Origin: Patescibacteria group bacterium
Lineage (GTDB): Bacteria; Patescibacteriota; Minisyncoccia; Phycocordibacterales; UBA9973
Direction: 5' to 3'
Length of the DNA stretch: 64,000 bases
Assembly: GCA_028868715.1 (NCBI GenBank)
Contig: JAGWUB010000002.1
Coordinates: forward strand, 79,605-143,604
The position numbers and the translations under genes are program-made. Of this stretch, positions 16,160-25,733 are shown piece after piece; position 1 is the first letter of the stretch; each line of letters starts with the position of its first letter. The notes under the pieces were generated by a model. The model was not told the origin of the DNA. It saw only the letters and a list, made by a program, of their open reading frames with translations, and ran no database searches.

Positions 16160-17644
16160 TTGTGTTATAATAGTCTTATGAACGTTAAGGAAATATTAGA
16201 TTTAATACCCGGCGGAGTAGATAAAAAAGATGAGGAACTTATTACCAAGGCTTATAAGTTGGCAGAATCTGCTCACGATGGTCAAAAGAGATTTAGTGGT
16301 GAACCTTACTTTATTCACGTTTTTGAAACTGCTAAAACCCTAGCCAAGCTCGGCATGGATGCCCAAACTATTGCTTCTGGTCTTTTGCATGATATTTTAG
16401 AGGACACAGATATATCTGAGGAACAAATAGCACATGATTTTAATAAAGATATTTTATTTTTAATAAAGGGCGTAACTAAACTTGGAACATTAAAATATAG
16501 CGGATACGAAAGACACGTAGAATCGTTAAGAAAATTTTTTATGGCAATGGCAAACGATTTGCGAGTGGTCATAATAAAATTAGCTGATAGACTTCACAAT
16601 TTACAGACGTTGGAACATGTCCGAGAAGAAAAAGCCAAACGAATAGCACTCGAATCAATCAGTGTTTATGCCCCACTGGCAAACCGACTCGGTATGGGAA
16701 AACTAAAGGGTGACATTGAAGATGCCGCCTTTCCTTATGCTTACCCAAAAGAGTATAAAGAGATGGAAGAATTATTAAAAGAAAAACAAGAACTATACCA
16801 AAAATATCTGACAGAGGTTAATGAAAAATTAAAAAAGGAATTAGACAAAAATAAAATTAAATATATTGGAATCGATTATCGGGTCAAGCATAAATATAGT
16901 CTTTATAAAAAACTTTTGAAATACAACATGGACATAGAAAAGATTTACGACATAGTCGCACTTCGAGTCGTAGTTCCAAATATTGAAGAATGTTATCGGG
17001 TGCTCGGACTCATTCACTCAGTGTGGACTCCCCTACCTGGAAGAATAAAAGATTATATTGCGATACCTAAGCCAAATGGATACAGATCAATTCATACGAC
17101 TATCTTTACTGGTTCTGGTGGAGTGGCAGAAATTCAAATTAGAACGAAAGAAATGCACAATGAAGCCGCCTATGGTATCGCTGCCCACTTTGCCTACAAA
17201 GAGCCAGGAAAAAAGAAAGGTCACAATGGCGAACTGAAGTTTAAGTGGGTGGAAGATTTAAAAAATCTAAACTATTCACCAAATGAGCCGAAAAAATTTC
17301 TTGAGCATTTAAAAACAGATTTTTTCAATGATCGAATTTTCGTTTTTACTCCAAAGGGTGATGTAGTAGATCTTCCGGAAGATTCTAGTGTCATAGACTT
17401 TGCTTACTCAATTCATTCAGACATTGGAGATCATCTTTCTGGGGTCACGATTAATGATAAAATGTCCCAGATTTTTACCAAACTTAAAAACGGAGACGTA
17501 GTAAAAATAATTATTAACAAAAAATCAAATCCTTCTACTAAATGGTTAGGCTATGTCAAAACAGCTTTAGCTAAAAAGCATATCAAATCTTACTTAGAAA
17601 AACACAGCTTGCTCAATAAGCTCAAGTCCTTCGGCCGTAGCTAA
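16160..17644 (+). CDS. rel: (p)ppGpp synthetase/hydrolase Rel with HD, synthetase and TGS domains only
   Basis: HDILEDT HD motif, RelA/SpoT synthetase motifs, TGS segment RIFVFTPKGDVVDLPE. It ends about 250 aa short of full-length Rel. Confidence 0.8.
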   Translation: MCYNSLMNVKEILDLIPGGVDKKDEELITKAYKLAESAHDGQKRFSGEPYFIHVFETAKTLAKLGMDAQTIASGLLHDILEDTDISEEQIAHDFNKDILFLIKGVTKLGTLKYSGYERHVESLRKFFMAMANDLRVVIIKLADRLHNLQTLEHVREEKAKRIALESISVYAPLANRLGMGKLKGDIEDAAFPYAYPKEYKEMEELLKEKQELYQKYLTEVNEKLKKELDKNKIKYIGIDYRVKHKYSLYKKLLKYNMDIEKIYDIVALRVVVPNIEECYRVLGLIHSVWTPLPGRIKDYIAIPKPNGYRSIHTTIFTGSGGVAEIQIRTKEMHNEAAYGIAAHFAYKEPGKKKGHNGELKFKWVEDLKNLNYSPNEPKKFLEHLKTDFFNDRIFVFTPKGDVVDLPEDSSVIDFAYSIHSDIGDHLSGVTINDKMSQIFTKLKNGDVVKIIINKKSNPSTKWLGYVKTALAKKHIKSYLEKHSLLNKLKSFGRS

Positions 17645-17650
17645 ATAATA

Positions 17651-18649
17651 TTAAACGTTAAATTTGGAGATGTTGTATAAGTCAGCATCATCTTTCTCTA
17701 TCTCATCCTTACTTCTATCGTCTATCGGAGCGTCAAGTGGAGTTAACTCTTCGAGGGGTTCTAAGTGTTCTACTGCGCCACTCGCAATATGCTTTTCAAG
17801 CATTTGTTCTGGTTGTTTTTCTATATTAGATTTATGTATTAGATTCAATATCTCACGCAGATCTTCATTTGAGAAAAAATCAATTTTAATCTGGCCGCCC
17901 AATTCACGCCTATCTATATGTACACGAGTTCCAAGCTTTTCTTGAAATTCCTCTTCTAGCTCAGTAATCTCTGGATCAGGCATAAACTCTTTCTTGCGGA
18001 TGCGATCATAAGCAATTTTTCTAGCCAATTTTTCTGCCTCACGTACTGTAATTTTTTTATAAATAATTTCTTTAAATAGCACTAACTGTTCTTCTGGGTG
18101 GTCAACCAGCATTAGTAGCGGTCGCGTATGGCCATCAGTAAGCTTACCTTCGGATAATCCCGTTAGAATTTCTTCTGGTAAGTTTAAAATTCGGAGTGAG
18201 TTGGAAACGTATTCCCTACTCTTTCCCATTTTTTTAGCAATTTCTCCATGGGTAAATTTAAATTCATTTGCCAATCTGAAAAATGCTCTGGCTCGATCAA
18301 CTGCATTCAAATCTTCACGTTGCAGATTCTCAATAATCGCCAACTCCAACTTCATCATAGAAGTATCGCCCGTGCGTATGATTACTGGCACCTGTGATAC
18401 ATTGGCGAGCATCGCTGCGCGTAGTCTGCGCTCACCGGCGATGAGCTCGTATTCTGTTAAGAGTCCTCCTCCATCTTTTTCCACTTCCACACGAGAAACA
18501 GTCAATGGTTGCAACACTCCGTATTGTTTTATTGAATCAGCCAAATCCTGTAAACGGGCAGAGTCAAAGTCTCTCCTTGGCTGAAAGGGATTTGGTTTTA
18601 TTTTATCAGTGTCAATCCAGAAAATTGAATTGGAATATATGGTGGACAT
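17651..18649 (-). CDS. parB: ParB/Spo0J-like partition protein (no parA adjacent)
   Basis: GERRLRAA ParB box and HTH segment. Confidence 0.8.
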   Translation of the reverse strand: MSTIYSNSIFWIDTDKIKPNPFQPRRDFDSARLQDLADSIKQYGVLQPLTVSRVEVEKDGGGLLTEYELIAGERRLRAAMLANVSQVPVIIRTGDTSMMKLELAIIENLQREDLNAVDRARAFFRLANEFKFTHGEIAKKMGKSREYVSNSLRILNLPEEILTGLSEGKLTDGHTRPLLMLVDHPEEQLVLFKEIIYKKITVREAEKLARKIAYDRIRKKEFMPDPEITELEEEFQEKLGTRVHIDRRELGGQIKIDFFSNEDLREILNLIHKSNIEKQPEQMLEKHIASGAVEHLEPLEELTPLDAPIDDRSKDEIEKDDADLYNISKFNV

Positions 18650-18733
18650 AAAATTAGTTTAACATATTAATTTTATTTTTAATAATTGATTTTAAAGCAC
18701 TTTTTGTGTAAAATATGTGGATTGTGACGAGAT

Positions 18734-18817
18734 GCCCAGGTGGCGGAATTGGTAGACGCGATAGACTCAAAATCTATTGATAGCAATATCATGAGAGTTC
18801 GATTCTCTCCCTGGGCA
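18734..18817 (+). tRNA. tRNA-Leu (anticodon CAA), class II long variable arm
   Basis: Acceptor GCCCAGG/CCTGGGC, anticodon stem ATAGA/TCTAT with loop CTCAAAA, T-arm GAGAG-TTCGATT-CTCTC. Confidence 0.8.
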
Positions 18818-18824
18818 CATAAAT

Positions 18825-20168
18825 ATGATAAAAAAAAAGAAAGAAGAAAAAATACCACTAGGTAAGTCAATTGACTTTAGGGTAAATGGCGGAAAAAAGC
18901 TAAGTGGCAGTATCAAAACGAACTTTTCCAAAAATGGTTCGGTGGGTCTTTTGTGCGCCTCTTTGTTAAATAGTGGCACTACTACCTTGCACGGTATTGC
19001 TCGTATCGAAGAAGTTTATAGAGTAATTGAAATCCTAGAGAGTATTGGCGTTAAGGTAAAATGGTCAGACAAAAATTCTATAATCATCAAGCCTCCTAGA
19101 ACATTCAACTTAAAAAATATTAATGTTGCCTCGGCTATTAAAACACGTTCCATAGTTATGCTTATTGGGCCAATCATCCACAAAATGAAGTCATTTTCAA
19201 TTCCACACGCGCAAGGATGTAATTTGGGTAAGCGAACCATCGCCGCCCACATATATGCCCTAGAAAAATTGGGCGTAAAAATAAAAACTACTGCCAAGAG
19301 TTATGAAATTTCAGCAAAAAAATTAAAACCTTCTGAAATAGTAATGTATGAGTCAGGAGATACTGCGTGCGAAAATGTTTTGACTGCAGCCGCGCTAATC
19401 AAAGGTTCGACGGCAATAAGTTTTGCCAGCGCAAACTATATGGTACAAGAGGTATGTTTTTTTCTTGAAGCTCTGGGGGTAAATATAGACGGTATCGGAA
19501 CTTCAACTCTCATGGTGCACGGGGTAAGTGAAATAAATAAAAATATTGAATATTGGAATAGTGAAGACCCAATTGAATCAATGATGTTTATCTCAGCTGG
19601 AATCATTACTGATTCACATATCAAGATAACACGGGCACCGATGGATTTTCTAGCTCTAGAGCTTGAAAAATTAAAAAGAATGCACCTAAAGTATAAAGTT
19701 TCAAAAGTTTACTATTCATATAATGGGCGCACAAAGCTTGCAGATATTGAGATATTTCCAAGTAAATTAGTAGCCTTAAATGACAAGCTTCATTCAAACC
19801 CATATCCAGGGATAAACATAGACAATCTCCCATTTTTTGTACCGATTGCCATTCGTGCCAAAGGTCAAAGCATGATCCACGATTGGGTTTATGAAAACCG
19901 TGCCATTTACTTAACAGAGTTAAATCGTCTAGGGGCGAACATAACTCTGGCTGATCCACATAGGCTCTATATTATCGGCGGGACACCTCTCAAGGCCGCC
20001 CAAGTGGTTTGCCCACCAGCCTTGCGTCCATCTATGGTTATTCTTATCTCGATGCTAGCAGCACCGGGTACTTCAATCCTACGAAATGTATACATGATAA
20101 ACAGGGGCTATGAAGACATAGCTCGTCGTTTGAATTCTATTGGTGCAGATATAAAAATTTTGAAGTAA
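18825..20168 (+). CDS. murA: UDP-N-acetylglucosamine 1-carboxyvinyltransferase
   Basis: MurA N-terminus FRVNGG..LSG and EPSP-synthase-like fold motifs. There is a short N-terminal extension, so the true start may be internal. Confidence 0.85.
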   Translation: MIKKKKEEKIPLGKSIDFRVNGGKKLSGSIKTNFSKNGSVGLLCASLLNSGTTTLHGIARIEEVYRVIEILESIGVKVKWSDKNSIIIKPPRTFNLKNINVASAIKTRSIVMLIGPIIHKMKSFSIPHAQGCNLGKRTIAAHIYALEKLGVKIKTTAKSYEISAKKLKPSEIVMYESGDTACENVLTAAALIKGSTAISFASANYMVQEVCFFLEALGVNIDGIGTSTLMVHGVSEINKNIEYWNSEDPIESMMFISAGIITDSHIKITRAPMDFLALELEKLKRMHLKYKVSKVYYSYNGRTKLADIEIFPSKLVALNDKLHSNPYPGINIDNLPFFVPIAIRAKGQSMIHDWVYENRAIYLTELNRLGANITLADPHRLYIIGGTPLKAAQVVCPPALRPSMVILISMLAAPGTSILRNVYMINRGYEDIARRLNSIGADIKILK

Positions 20169-20171
20169 ATA

Positions 20172-21038
20172 ATGAAAAAAGAAAAAGCTTTAGTGATATT
20201 AGGACAAACTGCTACAGGCAAGAGTGCCTTGGCTGTCAATTTAGCTCGCAAGTTTAATGGCGAGGTCATTTCTGCTGATTCACGCCAGGTATATAAAGGA
20301 CTGGATATTGGTACTGGTAAAATAACTAAAAAGGAGATGAAGGGTGTGCAGCATTATTTACTAGATGTGGCGAATCCAAAGAAAAAGTTTACAGTTGCCG
20401 AATATCAAAAAAAAGCAATCTACGCCATGGCTGAGATTGTAAAAAAGGGCAAAGTGCCTATCGTTTGTGGCGGTACAGGATTTTATATTGATGCAATTAC
20501 AAAAGGTATCGTTTTCCCAGACGTTCCACCTAATATTAAATTAAGAAAACTTTTGGATAAAAAATCTCTACCAGAGCTTTTTAAATTGTTAAAGAAACTG
20601 GATACTGTGAGAGCAAAAAATATTGATGTAAAAAATAAAGTCAGGCTAATCAGAGCAATTGAGATAACCACAGCTCTAGGTAAAGTTCCTAAAACTAAAG
20701 AGGTGCTACCTCCATATGAGTTTATAAAAATTGGCCTACACTTGCCTGCAGATCAATTAAATAAGAAAGTAGAGCAGAGGGTGAAAAAAATGTTTCAACA
20801 AGGTTTACTAAATGAAATAAAGAAATTAAAAAAACAAAAAATATCTGACAAAAGGTTGAGGGAGCTTGGTTTTGAATATTACAAACCTACGCTAGAGAAA
20901 GTAATCAGCGAAACCATCAAATATTCAAAACGTCAGATGACGTGGTTCAAGCGCGACAAAAAAATCAAATGGTTCTCCCCTTCCGAATCCAAAAAAATTG
21001 AGATGTATATTAAAAAATCTCTTAAAAAATCTCTATGA
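20172..21038 (+). CDS. miaA: tRNA dimethylallyltransferase
   Basis: GQTATGKSALAV P-loop and SADSRQVYKGLDIGTGK motif. The stop codon is TGA. Confidence 0.85.
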   Translation: MKKEKALVILGQTATGKSALAVNLARKFNGEVISADSRQVYKGLDIGTGKITKKEMKGVQHYLLDVANPKKKFTVAEYQKKAIYAMAEIVKKGKVPIVCGGTGFYIDAITKGIVFPDVPPNIKLRKLLDKKSLPELFKLLKKLDTVRAKNIDVKNKVRLIRAIEITTALGKVPKTKEVLPPYEFIKIGLHLPADQLNKKVEQRVKKMFQQGLLNEIKKLKKQKISDKRLRELGFEYYKPTLEKVISETIKYSKRQMTWFKRDKKIKWFSPSESKKIEMYIKKSLKKSL

Positions 21039-21623
21039 TTTTTTTCTTTTTGCTAAATGAAAAACACCCGGTAGGAGTGAAACTAAGACTATGAGTATTA
21101 CTACGTACAAAAGATATTCTTGTAGCTGAGGAAAAGATTGCCCGAGAAAATATCCACCCAAAACAAATACTGCTGACCAAACAAACGATCCCAGTAAATT
21201 ATATTTTATAAAATGAGAATATTTCATTTTAACCATCCCAGCTACTATTGGTAAAAATGTTCTAACCACAGGAACAAAACGAGAAAGTAGTAAGGCAGAT
21301 AATCCGTGCTTTTCTAAAAATGCGTGTGCTTCAGCTGTGTACTTTTTCTTTAAAATTTTTCTAAAGAATGAGTAATTATATAAAAAGTCCAACTTTGTAC
21401 CTATAAAATATCCAGCCACTCCTCCTAAAAATGCCGCCACAAATACCAATAAGGTCAAAAACACAATATTGTACCCCAGCCTAGTTGCCAATAATCCCGC
21501 AGTAAAAATAAGGCTGTCTCCAGGTAGAGGAAAGAATATCCCTGATTCCAGAAATACAATTATAAATATCCCCAGATAGCCATAATGGGTTACTAAATAT
21601 ATAATATCAAAAATATGAGTCAC
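21033..21623 (-). CDS. DedA/SNARE-associated family membrane protein
   Basis: Multi-TM protein with the DedA-type G..LG..G pattern. Confidence 0.65.
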   Translation of the reverse strand: MTHIFDIIYLVTHYGYLGIFIIVFLESGIFFPLPGDSLIFTAGLLATRLGYNIVFLTLLVFVAAFLGGVAGYFIGTKLDFLYNYSFFRKILKKKYTAEAHAFLEKHGLSALLLSRFVPVVRTFLPIVAGMVKMKYSHFIKYNLLGSFVWSAVFVLGGYFLGQSFPQLQEYLLYVVILIVLVSLLPGVFHLAKRKKS

Positions 21624-21696
21624 TTAAACAGCTTAACATACTTTTCAGATAAAATAGTGTTATAATACATTTATTACAATTAATATAATAAAATAT

Positions 21697-21927
21697 ATGA
21701 TGGAAAACTATAATTTAGAAAATAATTCAAAGCCTGATTTATCTCTCGGAAACTTACATTTTACTGACAAGGAAAAAGCAGACAAGGTAAAGAAACTTAT
21801 GACAGAGCAAGGGATGTCAGAGGAATTAGCAACTAACAGAGTTAATGACTTAGAAAAAATGGCTCAAAATCAACGAGCCGAAGCCATTCTAAAAAAAGAA
21901 ATGGGTGGAGGAACAACTAACCATTAA
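21697..21927 (+). CDS. hypothetical small protein
   Basis: 76-aa ORF with no motif. Confidence 0.3.
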   Translation: MMENYNLENNSKPDLSLGNLHFTDKEKADKVKKLMTEQGMSEELATNRVNDLEKMAQNQRAEAILKKEMGGGTTNH

Positions 21928-21957
21928 TCTATATTTTCTACACTTTTTACTTCTCTA

Positions 21958-22031
21958 TGGCGGGCGATGAGAGAATCGAACTCCCGACATCGGTTTTGGA
22001 GACCGAAGTTATACCACTTAACTAATCGCCC
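21958..22031 (-). tRNA. tRNA-Trp (anticodon CCA), CCA encoded
   Basis: GGGCGAT acceptor, anticodon stem TCGGT/ACCGA with loop CTCCAAA, T-arm GGGAG-TTCGATT-CTCTC. Confidence 0.8.
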
Positions 22032-22042
22032 AAATATGTTTT

Positions 22043-22070
22043 AAACAACAAAAAACGACCATAAGGTCGT
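22043..22070 (-). terminator. rho-independent terminator (ACGACC-ataa-GGTCGT + T run on minus strand) after rpmG/ddl
   Basis: Perfect 6-bp stem followed by TTTTTGTTGTTT on the minus strand. Confidence 0.5.
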
Positions 22071-22099
22071 ATTTAGTATAGCAGAAATGCGCAGAAAAT

Positions 22100-22258
22100 C
22101 TATTTTTTGACTTCCTTGTGCTTGGTCTGCTTCTTGCACCATTTGCAGTACTTTTTAAGCTCGATCTTCTTAGTGACGAGTTTCTTATTTTTACTAGACC
22201 AGTAATTTATGCGTTTGCAGGTCTGGCAGGCAAGTTTTATAAGTCTATCTTGTGACAT
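22100..22258 (-). CDS. rpmG: 50S ribosomal protein L33
   Basis: Hand-translated: MSQDRLIKLACQTCKRINYWSSKNKKLVTKKIELKKYCKWCKKQTKHKEVKK. Two CxxC pairs and the KNK...ELKKYC...HKE pattern of L33. Below the ORF-track size cutoff. Confidence 0.75.
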   Translation of the reverse strand: MSQDRLIKLACQTCKRINYWSSKNKKLVTKKIELKKYCKWCKKQTKHKEVKK

Positions 22259-22298
22259 GGGTATATATTAATATAAAATCAGGAAAATTGCAATTGAA

Positions 22299-23267
22299 TT
22301 ATTTGAGTGTGGTTTTTAATTTTTTCTCGTTGCCAAAACGCTCTATCGCCAGAGTAATCAGCCTATCTAAAAGTTTTGTTTGTGGAATACCACTTGCTTC
22401 CCAGAGCTTTGGGTACATACTGATATTAGTAAATCCTGGAATGGTATTTATCTCGTTCACAAGAACGGTACCATTTTTCTTTAAGAAAAAATCAACTCGA
22501 GCCAAGCCTTCACAATTTAGAGCCTGAAATGTTTTTATGGATAATTGTTGAATTTTTGTGGCAGTATTTTTGTGAATCTTTGCTGGAATCTCTGGAACTG
22601 CCCCCTCATCAATGTATTTAGCGTCATAAGAATAAAACTCTTGATTAGCAATAATTTCGCCAGGAATTGAGGCCATGGGATGATCGTTGCCTAAAACCGC
22701 ACACTCAATTTCCCTACCATTGATAAATTCTTCAACAATAATTTTATTGTCGTATTTAAAAGCTTCATTGACCGATTTTTTGAATTCTATTTCGTTTTTA
22801 GCCTTACTTACTCCTACAGATGAACCCATGTTTGCTGGTTTAATGAAAAGTGGTAGACCCAACTCCTTTTTAATTTTATTGAAATTTAATTTCTCACCAT
22901 TTTTTACAGTAATAAATTTCCCAATAGGCAGACCAGCATACCGCAAGAGCCTTTTCATAACATCCTTGTCCATACCAAGAGCGGATCCAAGAACTCCGGC
23001 ACCAACAAATGGCACCCCAGCGAGCTTTAAAAGTCCTTGCATGCTACCATCTTCACCAAACGGGCCATGCAACACAGGAAAGATTACATCAACTTTATTT
23101 AAGAGTGAAAAACTAAATTTTCCATTTTTGGGAATTTTAATTGGAACTATTTGGTATTTTGTCTTATCTAGTGCAGCTATTACATTTTTTGCAGAAGCCA
23201 ACGACACCTCATGTTCAGCTGATTTCCCCCCAAAAAGCACCCCGATCTTTAATTTCTTATTTGCCAT
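22299..23267 (-). CDS. ddl: D-alanine--D-alanine ligase
   Basis: ATP-grasp motifs with a Ddl N-domain. Confidence 0.85.
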   Translation of the reverse strand: MANKKLKIGVLFGGKSAEHEVSLASAKNVIAALDKTKYQIVPIKIPKNGKFSFSLLNKVDVIFPVLHGPFGEDGSMQGLLKLAGVPFVGAGVLGSALGMDKDVMKRLLRYAGLPIGKFITVKNGEKLNFNKIKKELGLPLFIKPANMGSSVGVSKAKNEIEFKKSVNEAFKYDNKIIVEEFINGREIECAVLGNDHPMASIPGEIIANQEFYSYDAKYIDEGAVPEIPAKIHKNTATKIQQLSIKTFQALNCEGLARVDFFLKKNGTVLVNEINTIPGFTNISMYPKLWEASGIPQTKLLDRLITLAIERFGNEKKLKTTLK

Positions 23268-23284
23268 GACGCTATTATACCTTA

Positions 23285-24019
23285 CTATTTCAAAATCGCA
23301 CTTTTTAGGTCGCTGGGTATATTTGTGAGTAGTCTATAACCCTTTTGGGTGATCAGAATCATATCTTCTATGCGTACCCCACCAAAACCTTTTAAATAAA
23401 TTCCTGGCTCCACAGTCATCACGCATCCTGTCGGAATAATATCTGTACTCTTGGGTTTAAAGTTCGGCCATTCATGGATGACGGTCCCTACTCCATGACC
23501 TAAGCCATGTTTAAAATTATTTTTATATTTTTTAGCTAAAAAACTGCGAGCTGATTTGTCTATCATCCATGCCTTCCTTTCACCATTTTTTATTTTATTC
23601 ATCGCTAACGTTTGCGCCTTTAATACATCCAAGTAAACTTTTTTTTGCTTCGCATTAGGTTTGCCCCAGAAATAAGTTCTGGTCATGTCGGAGCAGTAAT
23701 GGTTTACCGTCGTACCGATGTCAAACATCACTATGTCTCCTTTTTTTAATTTTGTCTTATTTGACTCATGGTGAATGTTGGCTGTATTTTTACCAAAAGC
23801 CACGATGGGTGGGAAAGATAAAATAGGTGCGCCGTGCTTGATAAATGACTTCTTGATAAAAGATTCCACTTGAAGCTCGGTAACACCGTCCTTCAAAAAA
23901 CTCACAGCATCCAGCAAAACTTTTTCACTAATTCTCTGCGCCTTGATAAGACTTGCAAGTTCTTTTTTATTTTTCACCGCCCGCACTTCATGCAGTAATT
24001 TTATTTTATTTATGTTCAT
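23285..24019 (-). CDS. M24 family metallopeptidase (Xaa-Pro/methionine aminopeptidase-like catalytic domain only)
   Basis: Pita-bread fold motifs DIGTTVNHYCSDMTRT, HGLGHGVG, GIRIED-like GVRIEDM. Confidence 0.7.
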   Translation of the reverse strand: MNINKIKLLHEVRAVKNKKELASLIKAQRISEKVLLDAVSFLKDGVTELQVESFIKKSFIKHGAPILSFPPIVAFGKNTANIHHESNKTKLKKGDIVMFDIGTTVNHYCSDMTRTYFWGKPNAKQKKVYLDVLKAQTLAMNKIKNGERKAWMIDKSARSFLAKKYKNNFKHGLGHGVGTVIHEWPNFKPKSTDIIPTGCVMTVEPGIYLKGFGGVRIEDMILITQKGYRLLTNIPSDLKSAILK

Positions 24020-24056
24020 TACAAATTCTTATATCAGCCATGGCTGATATAGTGTT

Positions 24057-25151
24057 TTAGAATAATTTGACTACGTCGTGATAGGTAACAATTAGCATCA
24101 TTAATATCAGCAGACCAAAACCAATCATGTTGGCAGTATTGGCAACTTTTGGGTTTATGGCTGAACCTTTAATCTTTTCAATAAGCAAAAAGAAAAGTCG
24201 GCCACCATCGAGTGCTGGAAACGGAATAATATTTATTATTGCCAAATTTATCGAGATAAGTGCAGCAAAAGACAAAAGGTAGGCAAAGCCAAATTGATAG
24301 GCGTCCCCTACTATACCAACCAAACCGACAGGCCCAGTGACAGATGCCAGGCTACCATGCCCCCTAACAGCATCTCTAATGAGCCCATAAAGCCCTATTA
24401 CCGTGCCTTTGGTTACAGATATGGTAAGTTTCATACCCTCAGAAAAAGCCTTTAAAATAGGCAGTTTTGCGGTCCCTATCTCATCCATCGATATGCCAAT
24501 GGTTGGTTGACCAGCGGTATTTGCTGGGGTCATTTTAGCTATATTAACCTCGGGGTTTCTGCCACGAGTGTAACCAATGTCTATTTCTTTAGATCCATGA
24601 GAAACTACAAAAGATTTTAAAGTGGTAGGATTTATTTCTCCAATTGAGTCTGTACTCGTGTTAACTGAAATTATTTTATCACCAGATTTGAGCCCAGCCT
24701 TAAATGCTGGAGATTGCGCCTCCACTGAGACAACCACCAAGCTTACATTTTCGAGTGGATATCCCTTTACTTGACTATCAATTGAAGTTGGAAGTCCGGA
24801 CATAAATCCAAAAGAAAACAACACCCAAGCTAATAAAAAGTTAGCAAATATTCCGGCAAACAACACAATAGCTTGCTGATACTTTGGTTTATTAATAAAA
24901 CTCCTACCAGCATCTGGGCCGTTCATATTTTCTTCATCTGGAGTTTCACCAAAGATTTTCACAAAACCGCCTATCGGCAACAAATTGAAAGAATAAAGAG
25001 TTTCCCCTTTTTTAAAACTAAATACTTTTGGAGGAAAACCAAAACCAAATTCATCTACTCGAATTCCAAATCTCTTCGCAGTGAAAAAATGCCCAAATTC
25101 ATGAGCTAGAACTAAAACTAATAAAATTACTATAAATATAATTATGCTCAT
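24057..25151 (-). CDS. rseP: RIP zinc metalloprotease RseP (site-2 protease) with PDZ
   Basis: HEFGHFF HExxH within a TM segment, PDZ segment, C-terminal LDG motif. Confidence 0.85.
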   Translation of the reverse strand: MSIIIFIVILLVLVLAHEFGHFFTAKRFGIRVDEFGFGFPPKVFSFKKGETLYSFNLLPIGGFVKIFGETPDEENMNGPDAGRSFINKPKYQQAIVLFAGIFANFLLAWVLFSFGFMSGLPTSIDSQVKGYPLENVSLVVVSVEAQSPAFKAGLKSGDKIISVNTSTDSIGEINPTTLKSFVVSHGSKEIDIGYTRGRNPEVNIAKMTPANTAGQPTIGISMDEIGTAKLPILKAFSEGMKLTISVTKGTVIGLYGLIRDAVRGHGSLASVTGPVGLVGIVGDAYQFGFAYLLSFAALISINLAIINIIPFPALDGGRLFFLLIEKIKGSAINPKVANTANMIGFGLLILMMLIVTYHDVVKLF

Positions 25152-25158
25152 AAAAAAT

Positions 25159-25710
25159 TTACCCCATTATTTCCTTTTGTTTCTTTTCAAAAGTTGCTTC
25201 TAAATTTCCATTAACTTCATCAATAATCTTTTGGAGCTCATCCTTCGCGCGGAATTTTTCATCTTCAGTCATTTCACTCTTTTCTTCTTTGCTTTCTACG
25301 TCTTTCCAAACACTTTCTCGTTCTCGACGAACGGTAATTCTGCTTTCTTCCAATTTTTCTTTTAATACTTTTACTAAAGTTTGTCGGGATTCTGTAGTTA
25401 ATTGTGGAAAAATTACTCTCATACCTAGATCATCCACCACTACTGACAAGCCCAAATTTGACCCAGCAATAGCTTTTTCAATACCTTTTATCTGGGTTTT
25501 ATCCCAAGGTGCGATACGTAGGGTTTTTGGATCTTCAATTGACACCGAGGCCACATTTTTTAGTGGCACAAAAGAACCATAAGATTCTACCACTACACTA
25601 TCTAGCACCATAGGTGAAGCACGGCCAATATTGAGCTCTCGGTATTCTTTTCCTAAAAATTCCTCTACTTTTTTAAGTTCTGTTTTAAAGTTCGAAAAGT
25701 TGTATTGCAT
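25159..25710 (-). CDS. frr: ribosome recycling factor
   Basis: Typical 183-aa RRF sequence. Confidence 0.9.
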   Translation of the reverse strand: MQYNFSNFKTELKKVEEFLGKEYRELNIGRASPMVLDSVVVESYGSFVPLKNVASVSIEDPKTLRIAPWDKTQIKGIEKAIAGSNLGLSVVVDDLGMRVIFPQLTTESRQTLVKVLKEKLEESRITVRRERESVWKDVESKEEKSEMTEDEKFRAKDELQKIIDEVNGNLEATFEKKQKEIMG

Positions 25711-25733
25711 AGTTATATTGTAACATTTTAAAA

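Noticed and set aside
18679-18979. Two minus-strand ORFs (63 and 70 aa) overlapping tRNA-Leu and the murA start
   Set aside because: They overlap a well-folded tRNA and the murA 5' region, and no motifs were found. They are spurious.
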